A DNA stretch of 64,000 bases from Alphaproteobacteria bacterium. Lineage in GTDB: Bacteria > Pseudomonadota > Alphaproteobacteria > SP197. Location: NCBI GenBank assembly GCA_964291415.2, contig OZ219917.1, forward strand, positions 480,001 through 544,000, in the 5' to 3' direction. The translations under genes were made by a program, and so were the position numbers. Positions 36,586 to 47,106 of the stretch are shown in pieces (position 1 is the stretch's first letter; each line of letters opens with the position of its first letter). The notes under the pieces were generated by a model. The model saw only the letters and a program-made list of their open reading frames with translations, did not search any database and was not told where the DNA came from.

Positions 36586-37404
36586 TCAGGGTCGGGCGTT
36601 GGGAAAGAAGAGCTGCCTTCCGTCGATGCGGTAGGAGGCGATTGAAGCCTGGCCCGACGGCGAAACGAGCCAGTCGACGAAAAGGCGTGCCTCCTCTTCG
36701 CGGACATGGGGAAAGCGCTCCGGATTCACCACTGTCACGCCGTACTGGTTGAAGAGATTCTCGTCGCCCTCGACAAGAAGGGCGAGATCGCCGCGGTTCT
36801 GGAAGGCGATCCATGTGGCCCGGTCCGTCAGGGTGTAGGCGCCGACGTTGGCGGCCACGTTGAGAGTGGCGCCCATGCCCGAGCCGGTCTCGAGATACCA
36901 CGAACCGCTGTGCGCCGTGGGGTCGAAACCCGCGGTGCGCCACAACGCCATTTCCTTCTTGTGGGTGCCGGAGTCGTCGCCACGGGAGGCGAAGGGAAGG
37001 CCCTCGCGTGCGATCTCCATGAACGCGGCGCCGGCGTCGGCGACGCCGGCCACACCCGCCGGATCGGAAGCGGGGCCGACAATCACGAAATCGTTGTACA
37101 TCAGGTCGAACCGCTCGACGCCGTAGCCGCCGGCGACGAACTCCTCCTCGGCATCGCGGGCATGCACGAGCAGGACATCGCCGTCCCCGTTCATGGAGTT
37201 GCGGATGGCCTGTCCGGTGCCTACGGCCACGACCTTGACGAGGATGCCCGTCGCATCGCTGAATTCGGGAAGGATGTGATCGAAGAGACCGGAATTCTGG
37301 GTCGAGGTCGTCGACTGGACGATGATGGACCTGTCGTCAGCGGTCACGCTGCCGGTGATGAGGCCGAGGACGGCCACGGCACATGCGAAGAACCTTGACA
37401 TCAT
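36586..37404 (-). CDS. tupA: tungstate ABC transporter substrate-binding protein
   Basis: STTSTQNSGL, VAVGTGQA, GDVLLVH, FASRGDDSGTHKKE, YTLTDRATW. Confidence 0.92.
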   Translation of the reverse strand: MMSRFFACAVAVLGLITGSVTADDRSIIVQSTTSTQNSGLFDHILPEFSDATGILVKVVAVGTGQAIRNSMNGDGDVLLVHARDAEEEFVAGGYGVERFDLMYNDFVIVGPASDPAGVAGVADAGAAFMEIAREGLPFASRGDDSGTHKKEMALWRTAGFDPTAHSGSWYLETGSGMGATLNVAANVGAYTLTDRATWIAFQNRGDLALLVEGDENLFNQYGVTVVNPERFPHVREEEARLFVDWLVSPSGQASIASYRIDGRQLFFPNARP

Positions 37405-37430
37405 CACGGGATCCTTCCGGCTCGGCAGAT

Positions 37431-38141
37431 TCAGGCGACCAGGCGACCCTCGACAAAGGCCTGGGCCCGTTTCGTGGGGGGATTGGAAAAGAAGAGCGGG
37501 GCGTCGCTGTCCGCCTCGAGAATTCCGCCGTGAAGGTAGAGGATGCGGTCGGCCAGGCGGCGCGCCTGGGCAAGGTCGTGGGTCACGAGGAGAATGGGCG
37601 TGCCGTCGTCCCGTGCCTTGTGCACCAGATCCTCGATCGCCAGGCTCGAACCCGGATCGAGGTTGGCGGTTGCCTCGTCGAGCAGCAGGGCGTCCGGGGA
37701 TGTCGCCATGGCGCGGACAAGTGCGAGCCTCTGCTGTTCCCCTCCCGAGAGTGCCTGGGCCGGGGTCCGCGACCTTGCCTCGAGCCCGGCCGTCACCAGC
37801 GCTTCCATGGCGCGCTGGCGCTGCTCCCGGCGGGGTACGCCGGCGGCCTGGAGGGCAAAGCGGATATTGGCCAGCGCCGTGCGGTTCAGCATGACCGGGT
37901 GATGGAAGACAACACCGAGCCTGACGGCCCGCGGGCGGTCCGGTGGACGACCGTTCCACGTTACATCGCCGCGGTCCGGTTCGACGAGACCCGCCAGCAT
38001 GCGCACCAGGAGGCTCTTGCCGGCGCCATTGGGCCCCAGCAACACCGCGATTTCAGGTCGGGAGATGGTGACGCTGACATCATCGACAACCGGCCGCGTC
38101 CCCCGCATGAGACAGAGGTTCCGGCCAACCAGCGGCAGCAC
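37431..38141 (-). CDS. tupC: tungstate ABC transporter ATPase
   Basis: GPNGAGKS, LSGGEQQR, LLLDEATANLDP; start codon uncertain. Confidence 0.85.
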   Translation of the reverse strand: MLPLVGRNLCLMRGTRPVVDDVSVTISRPEIAVLLGPNGAGKSLLVRMLAGLVEPDRGDVTWNGRPPDRPRAVRLGVVFHHPVMLNRTALANIRFALQAAGVPRREQRQRAMEALVTAGLEARSRTPAQALSGGEQQRLALVRAMATSPDALLLDEATANLDPGSSLAIEDLVHKARDDGTPILLVTHDLAQARRLADRILYLHGGILEADSDAPLFFSNPPTKRAQAFVEGRLVA

Positions 38142-38157
38142 CTTTCCATCTCTTCGG

Positions 38158-38865
38158 TCATGCAAGGCGCGGGTTCCTCGCGAACGTGTTGAGCAGTCCG
38201 GCAAGACCGTTGATGATGAGGATGATCGTCAGCAACACGATCCCCAGGCCCAGGGCGAGGTCGAGAGCGCCGCGCGAGGTTTCCAGAGTGATGGTCGTGG
38301 TCATCACCCGGGTGACATGATTGATGTTGCCGCCGACCATGATGACGGCGCCAACCTCTGCGATGGCCCTGCCGAACCCGGCAAGCACCACGGTGACGAG
38401 ACTGAATCGCGCCTCCCACAGCAAGGTGAAGGCGGTCGTACCCCTGCCCAGGCCGAAGGCGCGGAACTGTTCGTCATAGCGACGATGAAGGTCCTCGATG
38501 ACCTGGCGGGTCAGGGCGGCGACGATGGGCGTGACGAGCACCGTCTGGGCGATGATCATGGCCTCGGGCGTATAGAGCAGACCCCAGTCGCCCAGGGGCC
38601 CGGCCCTCGACAGCAGAAGATAGATGGCCAGGCCGGCAACCACGGGCGGCAGGCCCATGAAGGCATTCATCACGGTGATGAGGGCGCCGCGCCCCGGGAA
38701 TCGCGAGATGGCCGTTGTCGCGCCGACCGGAAGACCGATCAGCATGGCGAAGAACACTGCGAAGAGACTGACCCGCAGCGACATGAGGATGATCTCGACG
38801 AGATCGCGGTCGAGGGTCGTGATCAGGCGAAGGGCTTCCGTGAAGGCGTCGCTGGTATCCTGCAT
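38158..38865 (-). CDS. tupB: tungstate ABC transporter permease
   Basis: NAFMGLPPVVAGL, AGFGRAIAEVGAVIMVGGNI, TRVMTT. Confidence 0.92.
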   Translation of the reverse strand: MQDTSDAFTEALRLITTLDRDLVEIILMSLRVSLFAVFFAMLIGLPVGATTAISRFPGRGALITVMNAFMGLPPVVAGLAIYLLLSRAGPLGDWGLLYTPEAMIIAQTVLVTPIVAALTRQVIEDLHRRYDEQFRAFGLGRGTTAFTLLWEARFSLVTVVLAGFGRAIAEVGAVIMVGGNINHVTRVMTTTITLETSRGALDLALGLGIVLLTIILIINGLAGLLNTFARNPRLA

Positions 38866-38932
38866 GGTGATGGTTCGCACGGTGTATCGGTGAGGCAGGG
38901 CGTGTCCGGTGGGACGACCTGCAAGAAGGGTG

Positions 38933-39006
38933 TGGTTGGGGCGCCAGGATTCGAACCTGGGGTCACGGGACCAAAACCCGTTGCCTTACCGCTTGGCCAC
39001 GCCCCA
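38933..39006 (-). tRNA. tRNA-Gln(TTG)
   Basis: TGGGGCG...ACGGG-TTTTGGT-CCCGT...CCAGGTTCGAATCCTGG-CGCCCCA-A-CCA. Confidence 0.96.
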
Positions 39007-39070
39007 GCCGGCTTCCTATAAACCGGAAAGCACAGGAGTGCGCAACCGCGGGCCGGGAACAAGGGCCCGG

Positions 39071-40405
39071 TCAGGCGAGGACAATTCTCTCGCGGTTGCG
39101 GCGAACAGCTCGGGTCGCATTGCGCGTATCGACCACCAGCGGCACGGCCGCCACGAGGGCATCGTAGTCGATGCAGTCGTGGTCGGTGACGATCAACGCC
39201 GCGTCGTGGATGCCTTCCGCGACGTCGGTCCACGCCAGACTCCGCCGCCCGGCCAGCCCGGCGTGGGCGCGCGTGGCGGGAATGGTGCCGATGAAGGGAT
39301 CGAAGAAGGACACCGCAGCTCCCCTTGACTCAAGCAGTGCCATCAGCGTCAGGCCAGGACTCTCGCGGCTGTCATCGACGTTCTTCTTGTAGGCCATGCC
39401 GACGATGAGAATTGCCGCGCCATTGAGACCGCGGTGAAACCGGTGATCGATCTCGCCGGCGAGCCTGGAGACGATGTGGTGCGGCATCGAGGTGTTGATC
39501 TCTCCCGCAAGCTCGATGAACCGGGTGGGTACGCCGTACTCCCGCGCCTTCCAGGCGAGGTAAAACGGGTCGATGGGGATGCAGTGTCCGCCTAGCCCCG
39601 GGCCGGGCCAGAAGGGCATGTAGCCAAAGGGCTTTGTGCTGGCGGCCTCGATCACGTCCCAGACACTGATACCCATGGCATCGAAGATCACCTTGAGTTC
39701 GTTGACGAGGGCGATGTTGACGGAGCGATAGATGTTCTCGGTGAGCTTGATGGCTTCAGCGGTTCTCGTGTCCGGAACGACAACGGTTCCGGCGGGAATG
39801 AAGGATTCGTAAAAGGCCGCGGCGGCCGCCCGCGCCAGGTCTTGATCACCGCCGACGATCTTGGGCACTGTTCCGAGGCGATGGGTCGTGTTCCCCGGAT
39901 CGTCGCGTTCGGGTGAGTAGGCGAGAAGAAAGTCCACTCCCGACACCAGGCCACCGTCCTCGAGAATTGGTCGCACCAGCTCATCGGTCGTTCCGGGCCA
40001 GGTGGTCGATTCAAGAATGACGAGATGTCCGGGAGCCAGGATCGACGCGACGCTGTGAGAAGTGTCCTCCACATGGCGCATGTCCGGTTGCCGGTGGCGG
40101 TCCAGGGGTGTGGGAACGCAGATGACAATGATGTCGGCAGCGCCGAGATCGCTCACGGTGCTGGTGCCGAGGAATCGCGGAGACGCAGCAAGTTCGCTGA
40201 CCGCGACGGCATCGATGTAGTTGATGTAGCTCGTGCCGGCGGCGAGGTGCGTGATCTTGGCGGGATCCGTGTCGAAGCCGGTGACGCGAAACCCGCTCCC
40301 ATGGGCGGCCAGGGCGAGGGGAAGACCGACATAGCCCAGGCCGATGACAGCGACATGGGCATCGCGTGCGGCGATGCGCGCGGTGAGGTCTGCGACGGGG
40401 TTCAT
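39071..40405 (-). CDS. UDP-N-acetylhexosamine dehydrogenase (WbpA/WecC family)
   Basis: IGLGYVGLP, ICVPTP, LESTTWPG, YSPER, KLTEN, GLGGHCIPIDP, YKKNVDDSRESP. Confidence 0.93.
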   Translation of the reverse strand: MNPVADLTARIAARDAHVAVIGLGYVGLPLALAAHGSGFRVTGFDTDPAKITHLAAGTSYINYIDAVAVSELAASPRFLGTSTVSDLGAADIIVICVPTPLDRHRQPDMRHVEDTSHSVASILAPGHLVILESTTWPGTTDELVRPILEDGGLVSGVDFLLAYSPERDDPGNTTHRLGTVPKIVGGDQDLARAAAAAFYESFIPAGTVVVPDTRTAEAIKLTENIYRSVNIALVNELKVIFDAMGISVWDVIEAASTKPFGYMPFWPGPGLGGHCIPIDPFYLAWKAREYGVPTRFIELAGEINTSMPHHIVSRLAGEIDHRFHRGLNGAAILIVGMAYKKNVDDSRESPGLTLMALLESRGAAVSFFDPFIGTIPATRAHAGLAGRRSLAWTDVAEGIHDAALIVTDHDCIDYDALVAAVPLVVDTRNATRAVRRNRERIVLA

Positions 40406-41265
40406 GGCCCCTCCCGGGGCTGCGTGAGGATGGTCGTGGTCTCGATCCACCAATCGGGGTGGTGACGCCGCAGCAGGCTCGCCGCGCGATCGGCCTGCTG
40501 CAGGGTGTCGGCGAGGCCGAAACATGTGGCGCCGGTGCCGGTCATGCGGGCGAGAGCTACTCCCGGGGTGGCGCGCAGTGCGTCGATGACGTCGGATATC
40601 CCGGGGTCGGCGCGGCAGGCCGCGGGTTCGAGATCGTTCCGTCGTGTCGCCAGCTCCCGAACCAGGTCATCAAAGTTCTCCGGCGTACGGGTCAGGGGCC
40701 GGGGCGCCGACAGGGGCTCCTCGAAACCGGCGAAGACCCTTGCCGTGGAGAGCGCAGTCCCGGGATTGACGAGAACGAGGGCGCACGCGGGAAGTGGTTC
40801 CATGGGCGTGACGACGTCGCCGGTCCCTGCAGTCATGACCGTGCCGTCATGAAGACAGGAAGGAACGTCGGCGCCGAGCGTTGCCGCGATGGCCGGAAGA
40901 TTGTCGGTCAGGCCCGAGACTGCCCGCAGCGTGGCGGCGGCGTCGGCCGAACCTCCTCCCAGGCCCGAGGCGACAGGAATGTTCTTTTCCAGAACGATGC
41001 GGAATGCCCTTGTCGGCGCGACGGCCGCGACCGCCCGCGTCACCAGGTTCCGAGATCCGTCCAGGTCCTTCAAGGCTGCGGAAAAGCGTCCGGTCACCTT
41101 GAGCGCCGTGGACTCTGCCGGAGTGAACCACAGGCGGTCGGCCAGAGAGGTGCGCACATGCAGGCTGTCCAGACTGTGGTAACCGTTGGCCAGGCGCCCG
41201 GTCACGTGAAGCCACAGGTTGACCTTGGCATGGGCCGGGACCGCCCTTTCACTGACCATCGTCAT
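40402..41265 (-). CDS. ispE: 4-diphosphocytidyl-2C-methyl-D-erythritol kinase
   Basis: AKVNLWLHV, GYHSLDSL, KNIPVASGLGGGSADAA, LGADVP, RNDLE. Confidence 0.95.
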   Translation of the reverse strand: MTMVSERAVPAHAKVNLWLHVTGRLANGYHSLDSLHVRTSLADRLWFTPAESTALKVTGRFSAALKDLDGSRNLVTRAVAAVAPTRAFRIVLEKNIPVASGLGGGSADAAATLRAVSGLTDNLPAIAATLGADVPSCLHDGTVMTAGTGDVVTPMEPLPACALVLVNPGTALSTARVFAGFEEPLSAPRPLTRTPENFDDLVRELATRRNDLEPAACRADPGISDVIDALRATPGVALARMTGTGATCFGLADTLQQADRAASLLRRHHPDWWIETTTILTQPREGP

Positions 41266-42955
41266 CGAGTCCCGCCTCGAGCTTGCGGCGCACGGCGTCG
41301 ACAAGGTCCTCGTCGTCCGGCGCCAGCGTCAGCACGTGGCGCCACTGGAATCGTGCCTCGTAGTATCGCCCGGTTTTCCAGTAGGCATCGCCCAGGTGGT
41401 CGATGATCACGGCTTCGGCCGGTGCCAGGCCGACGGCGCGTTCCAGTTCGACGACGGCTTCGTCGTAGCGGCCGAGCCGGTAGAGCACCCATCCCAGGCT
41501 GTCGATCACCATGCCGTCATTGGGTGTCCGCTCAAGGGCGCGTTCGATGAGATCAAGAGCTTCGTCGAGGTTCTCGTTCCTGTCGGCCCACGAGTACCCG
41601 AGGTAGTTGAGGAGCCAGGGATCGTCCGGCCGCGATTCCAGGGATTCGAGAAAGGCCTTTTCGGCGCGCTCCCATTGCCCCGTCATCTCCAGCACCGCCC
41701 CCAGATCGAAGAGGAGCTCCGGCCGGCGGTACGATCTTTCATCAAGCAGGTGGAGCGCTTCATCGTAGGCTTCTACCGCCTCGTCCCATCTGCGGTGCGA
41801 ACGCATGATGTCGCCGATGGCCATGAAGGGATCGGCGCTCTCCGGCCGCTCCCGCGAGAGGACGCGTCCCAGTGTGACGGCGTCTTCGGTGAAACCCGCA
41901 TCGTTGAGGCTGCGAACACGGCGAAGCCGGGCATTCCAGGCAAGGGGAGAGTCGGGCGCCACACGGCCGTAGGCCGCCGCCGAGGCGTCGTCGCGCCGCA
42001 ATCGGGAGAGCACGTCCCCGGTCATGAAGTGAATGCGGTCGTCCGAGGGTTGGAGCCAGGCTGCGTGATTGAGCAGTGCAAGGGCCGCAGTTCCCCGGCG
42101 TTCGCCGAGCAACTGGCGTGCGGTTTCCGCAAGGGTGTCGGTGATCGCCTGAAACGCGTCGGGTCGCTCGGGCGGCGCTCCGCCGGCAAGCGCCCGTAGA
42201 GCGGCCTCCTCGAACCACGGACTCTCCGGGTTGATCTCCATGAACCGGCGGTAGAGGCCGGCGGCGTCCTCGCCCCGTCCGAGGCGCTCCAGAAAACCGC
42301 CGTAGGCTCGCGTTGTTTCCCAGGTGACGGTTTCTCCGGCTTCCATGGCCTCGCCGAAGGCCGTCTCGGCCACCCCGGACTCTCCCGCGGCGTCGCTGAG
42401 AAGGGCGACGTGATAGGCGATGAGGGGGTCACTGCCTGGCGCGGTGGTATCGAGGATTTCGAGGGCGCGCGCAGGATCACCCCCATGTGCCGCCGCCCAG
42501 GCGCGCGCGATGACGGCGAACGTGCCGAGCGGGCCTTCGGAGCTGAACCGGGCAAGGGCGTCGCCCGTGGCACCCTCATCACCTTCCGTCAGGGCGTCGA
42601 GAAGAAGCGTGACAGGGGAGATCTCAGTGATGACGTTCACGTCGGCGAGGTGTCGGGCCAGTTCGAGCGCCTGGTCAATCCGGCCGGCAGACACCATGGC
42701 CTTGTACGTCTGGCCGAGGAGCGTCACGTCCCCCGGACGGTGTTCAAGCGCCTGCGAAAGGAAGTCGGCCCTCGCCTCCATGTCACCCTGGTAAGCGGCG
42801 GCCCTCGACGCAAGGTAGGCACCGCTCATCGAGTCGAGATCGGTGACAGCACGGGCGCCCGGCACCATCGCCAGGCCCAGCAGCACAACGACCGTGCAGA
42901 CGAGGCCGTGGCACGCCCTGGACGTACCCTCGATCCTGAACGAAAAATCAACCAT
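41249..42955 (-). CDS. exported TPR-repeat protein (conserved ispE neighbour)
   Basis: SGAYLA; TPR helices; LNYLGYSW, IDSLGWVLY, DHLGDAYW, EARFQW; start uncertain. Confidence 0.88.
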   Translation of the reverse strand: MVDFSFRIEGTSRACHGLVCTVVVLLGLAMVPGARAVTDLDSMSGAYLASRAAAYQGDMEARADFLSQALEHRPGDVTLLGQTYKAMVSAGRIDQALELARHLADVNVITEISPVTLLLDALTEGDEGATGDALARFSSEGPLGTFAVIARAWAAAHGGDPARALEILDTTAPGSDPLIAYHVALLSDAAGESGVAETAFGEAMEAGETVTWETTRAYGGFLERLGRGEDAAGLYRRFMEINPESPWFEEAALRALAGGAPPERPDAFQAITDTLAETARQLLGERRGTAALALLNHAAWLQPSDDRIHFMTGDVLSRLRRDDASAAAYGRVAPDSPLAWNARLRRVRSLNDAGFTEDAVTLGRVLSRERPESADPFMAIGDIMRSHRRWDEAVEAYDEALHLLDERSYRRPELLFDLGAVLEMTGQWERAEKAFLESLESRPDDPWLLNYLGYSWADRNENLDEALDLIERALERTPNDGMVIDSLGWVLYRLGRYDEAVVELERAVGLAPAEAVIIDHLGDAYWKTGRYYEARFQWRHVLTLAPDDEDLVDAVRRKLEAGLDDDGQ

Positions 42956-42957
42956 CT

Positions 42958-42976
42958 GAAACAACACGGTTGTCTC
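42958..42976 (+). repeat. att-like direct repeat, left
   Basis: GAAACAACACGGTTGTCTC; 17/19 identical to 49967-49985. Confidence 0.7.
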
Positions 42977-43052
42977 TCTCACAGTTTCGTGCCTGAGGCA
43001 CCGAAACAAGACGTTTCCGTGTTCCCGATGCAACAGGGAAGGGAGAGAAACC

Positions 43053-43450
43053 ATGGCGACCAGCCGCCTTGCGCAACGTCATGTCGATATCCTCAAGCCA
43101 GGCAGGAAAGTTCGTGACATCCGCGTCAGGAAACTCAAGGGCCCTTCGGCATCCGGATCCTGCCTTCAGGTCGCAAGTGTCATTTTCTCCACAGCCAGGT
43201 CGACGGTCAACGTGTCTGTCATGCCATCGGTGACGCCGTGGACATCACCCTGGCGTGCGCACGTTCAAGGTCAGTCTCCGATGCCACCGGAACCAGAGCC
43301 AGCCCAGGTTCAAGGGCGGGACGATGGCCGACATGACGTGGGCCGATGTCCGGAAGTGCTTTGCCTCACTCCTTGAGACACCGGCAGTCGTGGATCGTTC
43401 GACACCGTTTCTCGCGGTCATCCTCAGACAGTCCGAGATCTTCCCGGTTT
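43053..43450 (+). pseudogene. frameshifted, truncated tyrosine integrase (arm-binding and core-binding fragments)
   Basis: MATSRLAQRHVDILKPGRKVRDI...LKG, frameshift, FGIRILPSGRKCHFLHSQVDGQRVCHAIGD, then MADMTWADVRKCFASL...DRSTPFLAVILRQ. No catalytic domain. Confidence 0.7.
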
Positions 43451-43759
43451 CACGTCCGGCCGTCTATCGGACACTGAACATGCGGCGGACCGCCTGGAGT
43501 GTCATTTCGCACTGGGCCGAGATTGACCCGCACACTGGCACTCAAGGCCTCGGGCAGGACTGCGGTTTCGAAGTTCAGCAAGAACGGCGCGAAAGTCGAT
43601 CTGAAGAGGTCAGACACACGGCCGGCGAGAGGCGCCTCATTGCGCTTCGTCCTGCCGTCTCGCACCAGTCAGCAGGCACGGAACTTCGTCGCGGAGGAAA
43701 GGATGAGCGTGAAATCAGACCATGCTGATACGCTGTCGTTCGGTCAAGTGTTGGCACCG

Positions 43760-44773
43760 CTATCCCTGCATTTTCCGCATCCTGAACAACAACAGGAACA
43801 CGAAGGTAGAACCGATCGAAGTGGTCACGATCCCGACCGGCAATTCCTGTGGTGCAAGGATAAGCCGGCTCAGCATATCCGAGACGGTGAGCAATACGGC
43901 GCCCACGATGGCCGCCGTTGGCACAAGCTGGCGGTGCAGCGGCCCCACAATTCCGCGCGCCAGGTGCGGCACCATCAAGCCCACAAAGCCGATCACGCCA
44001 GCGACAGACACAAACACGGCCGTGGCCAGTGCGGCCACGAAGAACATGCTGAAACGCAACCCCTGCACCGGCACACCAAGGGTCGACGCTGTGCGGTCTC
44101 CGGTCAGGAGCGCGTCCATCCATCGGTTGCGATAAAGGGAGTAGGCCAGGATCAGCACCAGTCCGGTGCAGACCAGCGGGAAGGTTCCCCATCGGGCCAG
44201 ACCAAGGCCGCCCAGCATCCAGAAAATCACCGAATGCGCGGCACGGCTGTCGCCCGCGAAAATGAGATAGTTGGTAATCGCCGCAAAGAGGAAGGACACT
44301 GCCAGTCCGGCGAGGATCAGCTTCTCTGGCGCGCTGGTGCGCAGACCGTGGACAAGCCCCAGCACAATGCCGGAGGCCACGAGACCACCGCAGAACGCCG
44401 CCAGCGGAAGCGTCCAGATGCCCAGAATGTCGCCCGTCACCGTGATGACAAAAACAGCGCCCGCAGCCGCGCCCGATGACAACCCGAACAGGAACGGATC
44501 GGCCAGGTCGTTGCGTGTGGTTGTTTGCAAAACCACACCGACGATGCCCAGTCCGGCGCCGATCACCGCCGCAAAGAGCGCGCGCGGCAAGCGCAGGTCG
44601 AACACGATCAGATGCAACGGAGATACATCGCCCTCGACAATCCCGCTGTTCAGGGCCATCGCCTCGACAACGTCGGAAAGCGCAATTGGTGTCGTACCGT
44701 AGAGGGTCGACGCCAGAAAAAGGGCGGCCAGAACGACCGCCCCCACAAGATTGACCAGACCCAATCGGAGCAA
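43760..44773 (-). CDS. FecCD/BtuC-family ABC permease
   Basis: DLRLPRAL, RNDLADPFLFGLSSGA, GVIGFVGLMVPH, ELPVG. Confidence 0.92.
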   Translation of the reverse strand: MLRLGLVNLVGAVVLAALFLASTLYGTTPIALSDVVEAMALNSGIVEGDVSPLHLIVFDLRLPRALFAAVIGAGLGIVGVVLQTTTRNDLADPFLFGLSSGAAAGAVFVITVTGDILGIWTLPLAAFCGGLVASGIVLGLVHGLRTSAPEKLILAGLAVSFLFAAITNYLIFAGDSRAAHSVIFWMLGGLGLARWGTFPLVCTGLVLILAYSLYRNRWMDALLTGDRTASTLGVPVQGLRFSMFFVAALATAVFVSVAGVIGFVGLMVPHLARGIVGPLHRQLVPTAAIVGAVLLTVSDMLSRLILAPQELPVGIVTTSIGSTFVFLLLFRMRKMQG

Positions 44774-44774
44774 G

Positions 44775-45725
44775 TCAGTTCAACCCTGGGTGCATGGCCT
44801 GCGCCATTCTTGCGATCGCGCGGATGTTTGCCGGGCCAGGTGTCAACTCTTCGTACCGCAAGCCGATCCAGCGTTCGTTCCTGACCGCGTCCGTCTGAGA
44901 CATCAACGGGTGCTCTTGCAGGAACTTGAACGTGTCGGCCGCGCCGTTTCCTGTCTGATAGTCGAGCAGCACCAGAAACTCCGGATTGGCGGCAGCCACC
45001 GCCTCCCAGGAAGCGCGGCCCCAGCTTGTATCGAGATCATGGGTGATGTTCGCGCCGCCCGCAGATGCGATCATCGCATCGGGAATGGCGAACTTGCCCG
45101 CGGTGAAGGGCGCATCGGCCGGGCCATCCAGGAGGAAGACGCGGGGTCTTTCCAGGTCGGCGGTCTGCGTTTCGATGGCGGCGAGTTCCGCTTTCCAGTC
45201 AGCCACAAGCTTTTCGGCCCTGTCTTCAACTTGCATGACCTCGCCAAGGCGCAGAACGTCGTCAAACAGCAGGTCCATGCTGGCGGCGGGGCGATCCTTG
45301 TCGAGATGCACACAGCTTTCGGTCAGAACCATGGTCTTGATGCCGAAGGGCGCAAGCGTGTCGGGTGTGACATCGCCGCCGGGGCGCATGCCATAGTACC
45401 AACCGGCAAAGAACAGATCCGGTTCCACCGAAATGAGGTTTTCGATTGTTGGGTACTTTGGTGCCAGCTCGGGTATGTCGCCGCGCAGCTCATCAAAATC
45501 AGGACTTGTCTTGTACCATCCGGTGATACCTGTCAGGCCGACAATCTTGTCCTGCAGTTCCAGTGCAAAGGCCATGTCGGTCATGTTCATGTCATGCACC
45601 ACAATCCGCTCGGGCGCGGTATCGAAGACCAGCGGTTCACCGCAATTGTCGACAGTGATGCCGTCGGCGGCGGCGGCGCTGGCAAGGGCGGCAGCCGCAC
45701 TTGCCAGCAAGAGGTATCGAATCAC
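44775..45725 (-). CDS. metal-chelate (BtuF/FepB-class) substrate-binding protein
   Basis: Signal peptide, ITVDNCG, PERIVV, EPDLFFAGW, AGGANI, SWEAV. Confidence 0.88.
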   Translation of the reverse strand: MIRYLLLASAAAALASAAAADGITVDNCGEPLVFDTAPERIVVHDMNMTDMAFALELQDKIVGLTGITGWYKTSPDFDELRGDIPELAPKYPTIENLISVEPDLFFAGWYYGMRPGGDVTPDTLAPFGIKTMVLTESCVHLDKDRPAASMDLLFDDVLRLGEVMQVEDRAEKLVADWKAELAAIETQTADLERPRVFLLDGPADAPFTAGKFAIPDAMIASAGGANITHDLDTSWGRASWEAVAAANPEFLVLLDYQTGNGAADTFKFLQEHPLMSQTDAVRNERWIGLRYEELTPGPANIRAIARMAQAMHPGLN

Positions 45726-46522
45726 GTGTTGTTCCTTTCCATCGAGAGTTCAGTTTTTCGGATATCCAGCGCGGGGATCAGGCGACCTTGATGTGCAAAC
45801 TGCAGGTAGGTGACGCCGAAAATGTCCTGCACACGGTCGGGCGTCAGCACTTCGTTGACGGGGCCAAACCCGGTCAGCCGGGCTGTGTTGATCAGGGCGA
45901 CATGGCTGGCGAACTCGGGGATCATCACCAGATCGTGAACGGTCATGACCACGGTGATACCCAGTTCGGTCACCAACGACAGCATGCGGCCCTTGGCGTC
46001 CGGATCGAGGTGGTTGGTGGGCTCGTCCAGAAACAAGAGCGACGGATTCTGCGCCAGGGCCCGGGCAATATGCGCCCGTTGTCGTTCGCCACCCGACAGG
46101 ACGGCCATCCGCTTTTCGGCCAGGTCAGTGAGGCTTGTGAGACGCAGAATTCGCTCCATGTCTTCCGCATGCGCCTGGCTTGATCGGTCAGCCTGGATTG
46201 GTATCTGCCCGAGGGCCACGTAATCGCGCAGGAAGAGCCGCCCATCGGGCAACTCTTGCTGGCTGACCACAGCGATCATGCGGGCGCGCTCCGTGGCGGA
46301 AAGCAGTTTCAGATTGCGCCCGCTGATCAGCACATCACCGCCTGTTGGCGCTTCGGCGCCACTCAGAAGGCGAAGGAGTGTGGTTTTCCCGGCGCCGTTC
46401 GGCCCGGCGATGGCAAGAATGGTCCCGCCGTCCACGCTGAAGGACATGTCCTCTACCAGCGTGGTGCCGTTGGCCGCATCGTAACGCAGATCTTCGGCGA
46501 CAAGGAACGACTGGCCGGTCAT
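45722..46522 (-). CDS. metal-chelate ABC transporter ATPase
   Basis: GPNGAGKTT, LSGGERQR, LDEPTNHLD. Confidence 0.92.
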   Translation of the reverse strand: MTGQSFLVAEDLRYDAANGTTLVEDMSFSVDGGTILAIAGPNGAGKTTLLRLLSGAEAPTGGDVLISGRNLKLLSATERARMIAVVSQQELPDGRLFLRDYVALGQIPIQADRSSQAHAEDMERILRLTSLTDLAEKRMAVLSGGERQRAHIARALAQNPSLLFLDEPTNHLDPDAKGRMLSLVTELGITVVMTVHDLVMIPEFASHVALINTARLTGFGPVNEVLTPDRVQDIFGVTYLQFAHQGRLIPALDIRKTELSMERNNT

Positions 46523-46658
46523 GTGCCTATCGTCCGCGTTGCGGACAAGGCGTCCGTTATCTGCGGGGACGCCGTCTGCGGGCTCTGGATTGACTCGAGG
46601 CGGGCAAGGTTTTTCGGGAGCAGGACCTCCATTGTCCAGCCGCGCCGCAGCGTTGCAT

Positions 46659-47089
46659 TCAGGTTCGAACGGAGCACGCAGATGTCGCTTCAAGCAGGGT
46701 GACGAGATCGGATGAACGTCCGGGCGGGGGCAAGCGCCCCAGAGTCCGCGCACGCAGGGCTGCCGGTCGCGCCCTGCGTCGCGGAAACCCCTCCGGCGCA
46801 GCAAGATGGAGAGGAATCAAGTCCTTGAGCGCCTCGACATGACTCGGATCGGCAGGGTCCAGGTCGCCAAACATGTATGAGAAGCGCCCGCTGGAACTGA
46901 GTGACACGACACATGGGCGTTCGCACTGGCTCATGCACCGCACACCCAGCACCTCGAACCCTTGATGCGGCGCAGTTCCACCGTGCAACAAGAACGCTTG
47001 GGCAAGACGCGTACCTCACGGACATCCCTCTGGACGGCCTGAAGCCCGTCCAGGTGGGTCATGCAGAACGAAAAGAGCGGCTTGGTCAT
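46659..47089 (-). pseudogene. DUF1636 family metal-binding protein, apparently frameshifted
   Basis: C-terminal part VRCMSQCERPCVVSL...YMFGDLDP...GRLPP. The N-terminus MTKPLFSFCMT is in another frame and joins near 47017 if one base is restored. Confidence 0.65.
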
Positions 47090-47106
47090 GGTCCACGTCG
47101 ATCATA

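Noticed and set aside
38141-38161. Frameshift at the tupC start (the ATGA-overlap ATG is out of frame)
   Set aside because: An in-frame GTG at 38141 gives a complete ATPase, so no frameshift is needed.
40402-41265. IspE motif MTGTG instead of MSGSG
   Set aside because: Conservative change; the other catalytic motifs are intact.
46523-46658. Cobalamin riboswitch ahead of the Btu-like ABC genes
   Set aside because: Two small hairpins are present, but no B12-box or other conserved riboswitch motif was found.
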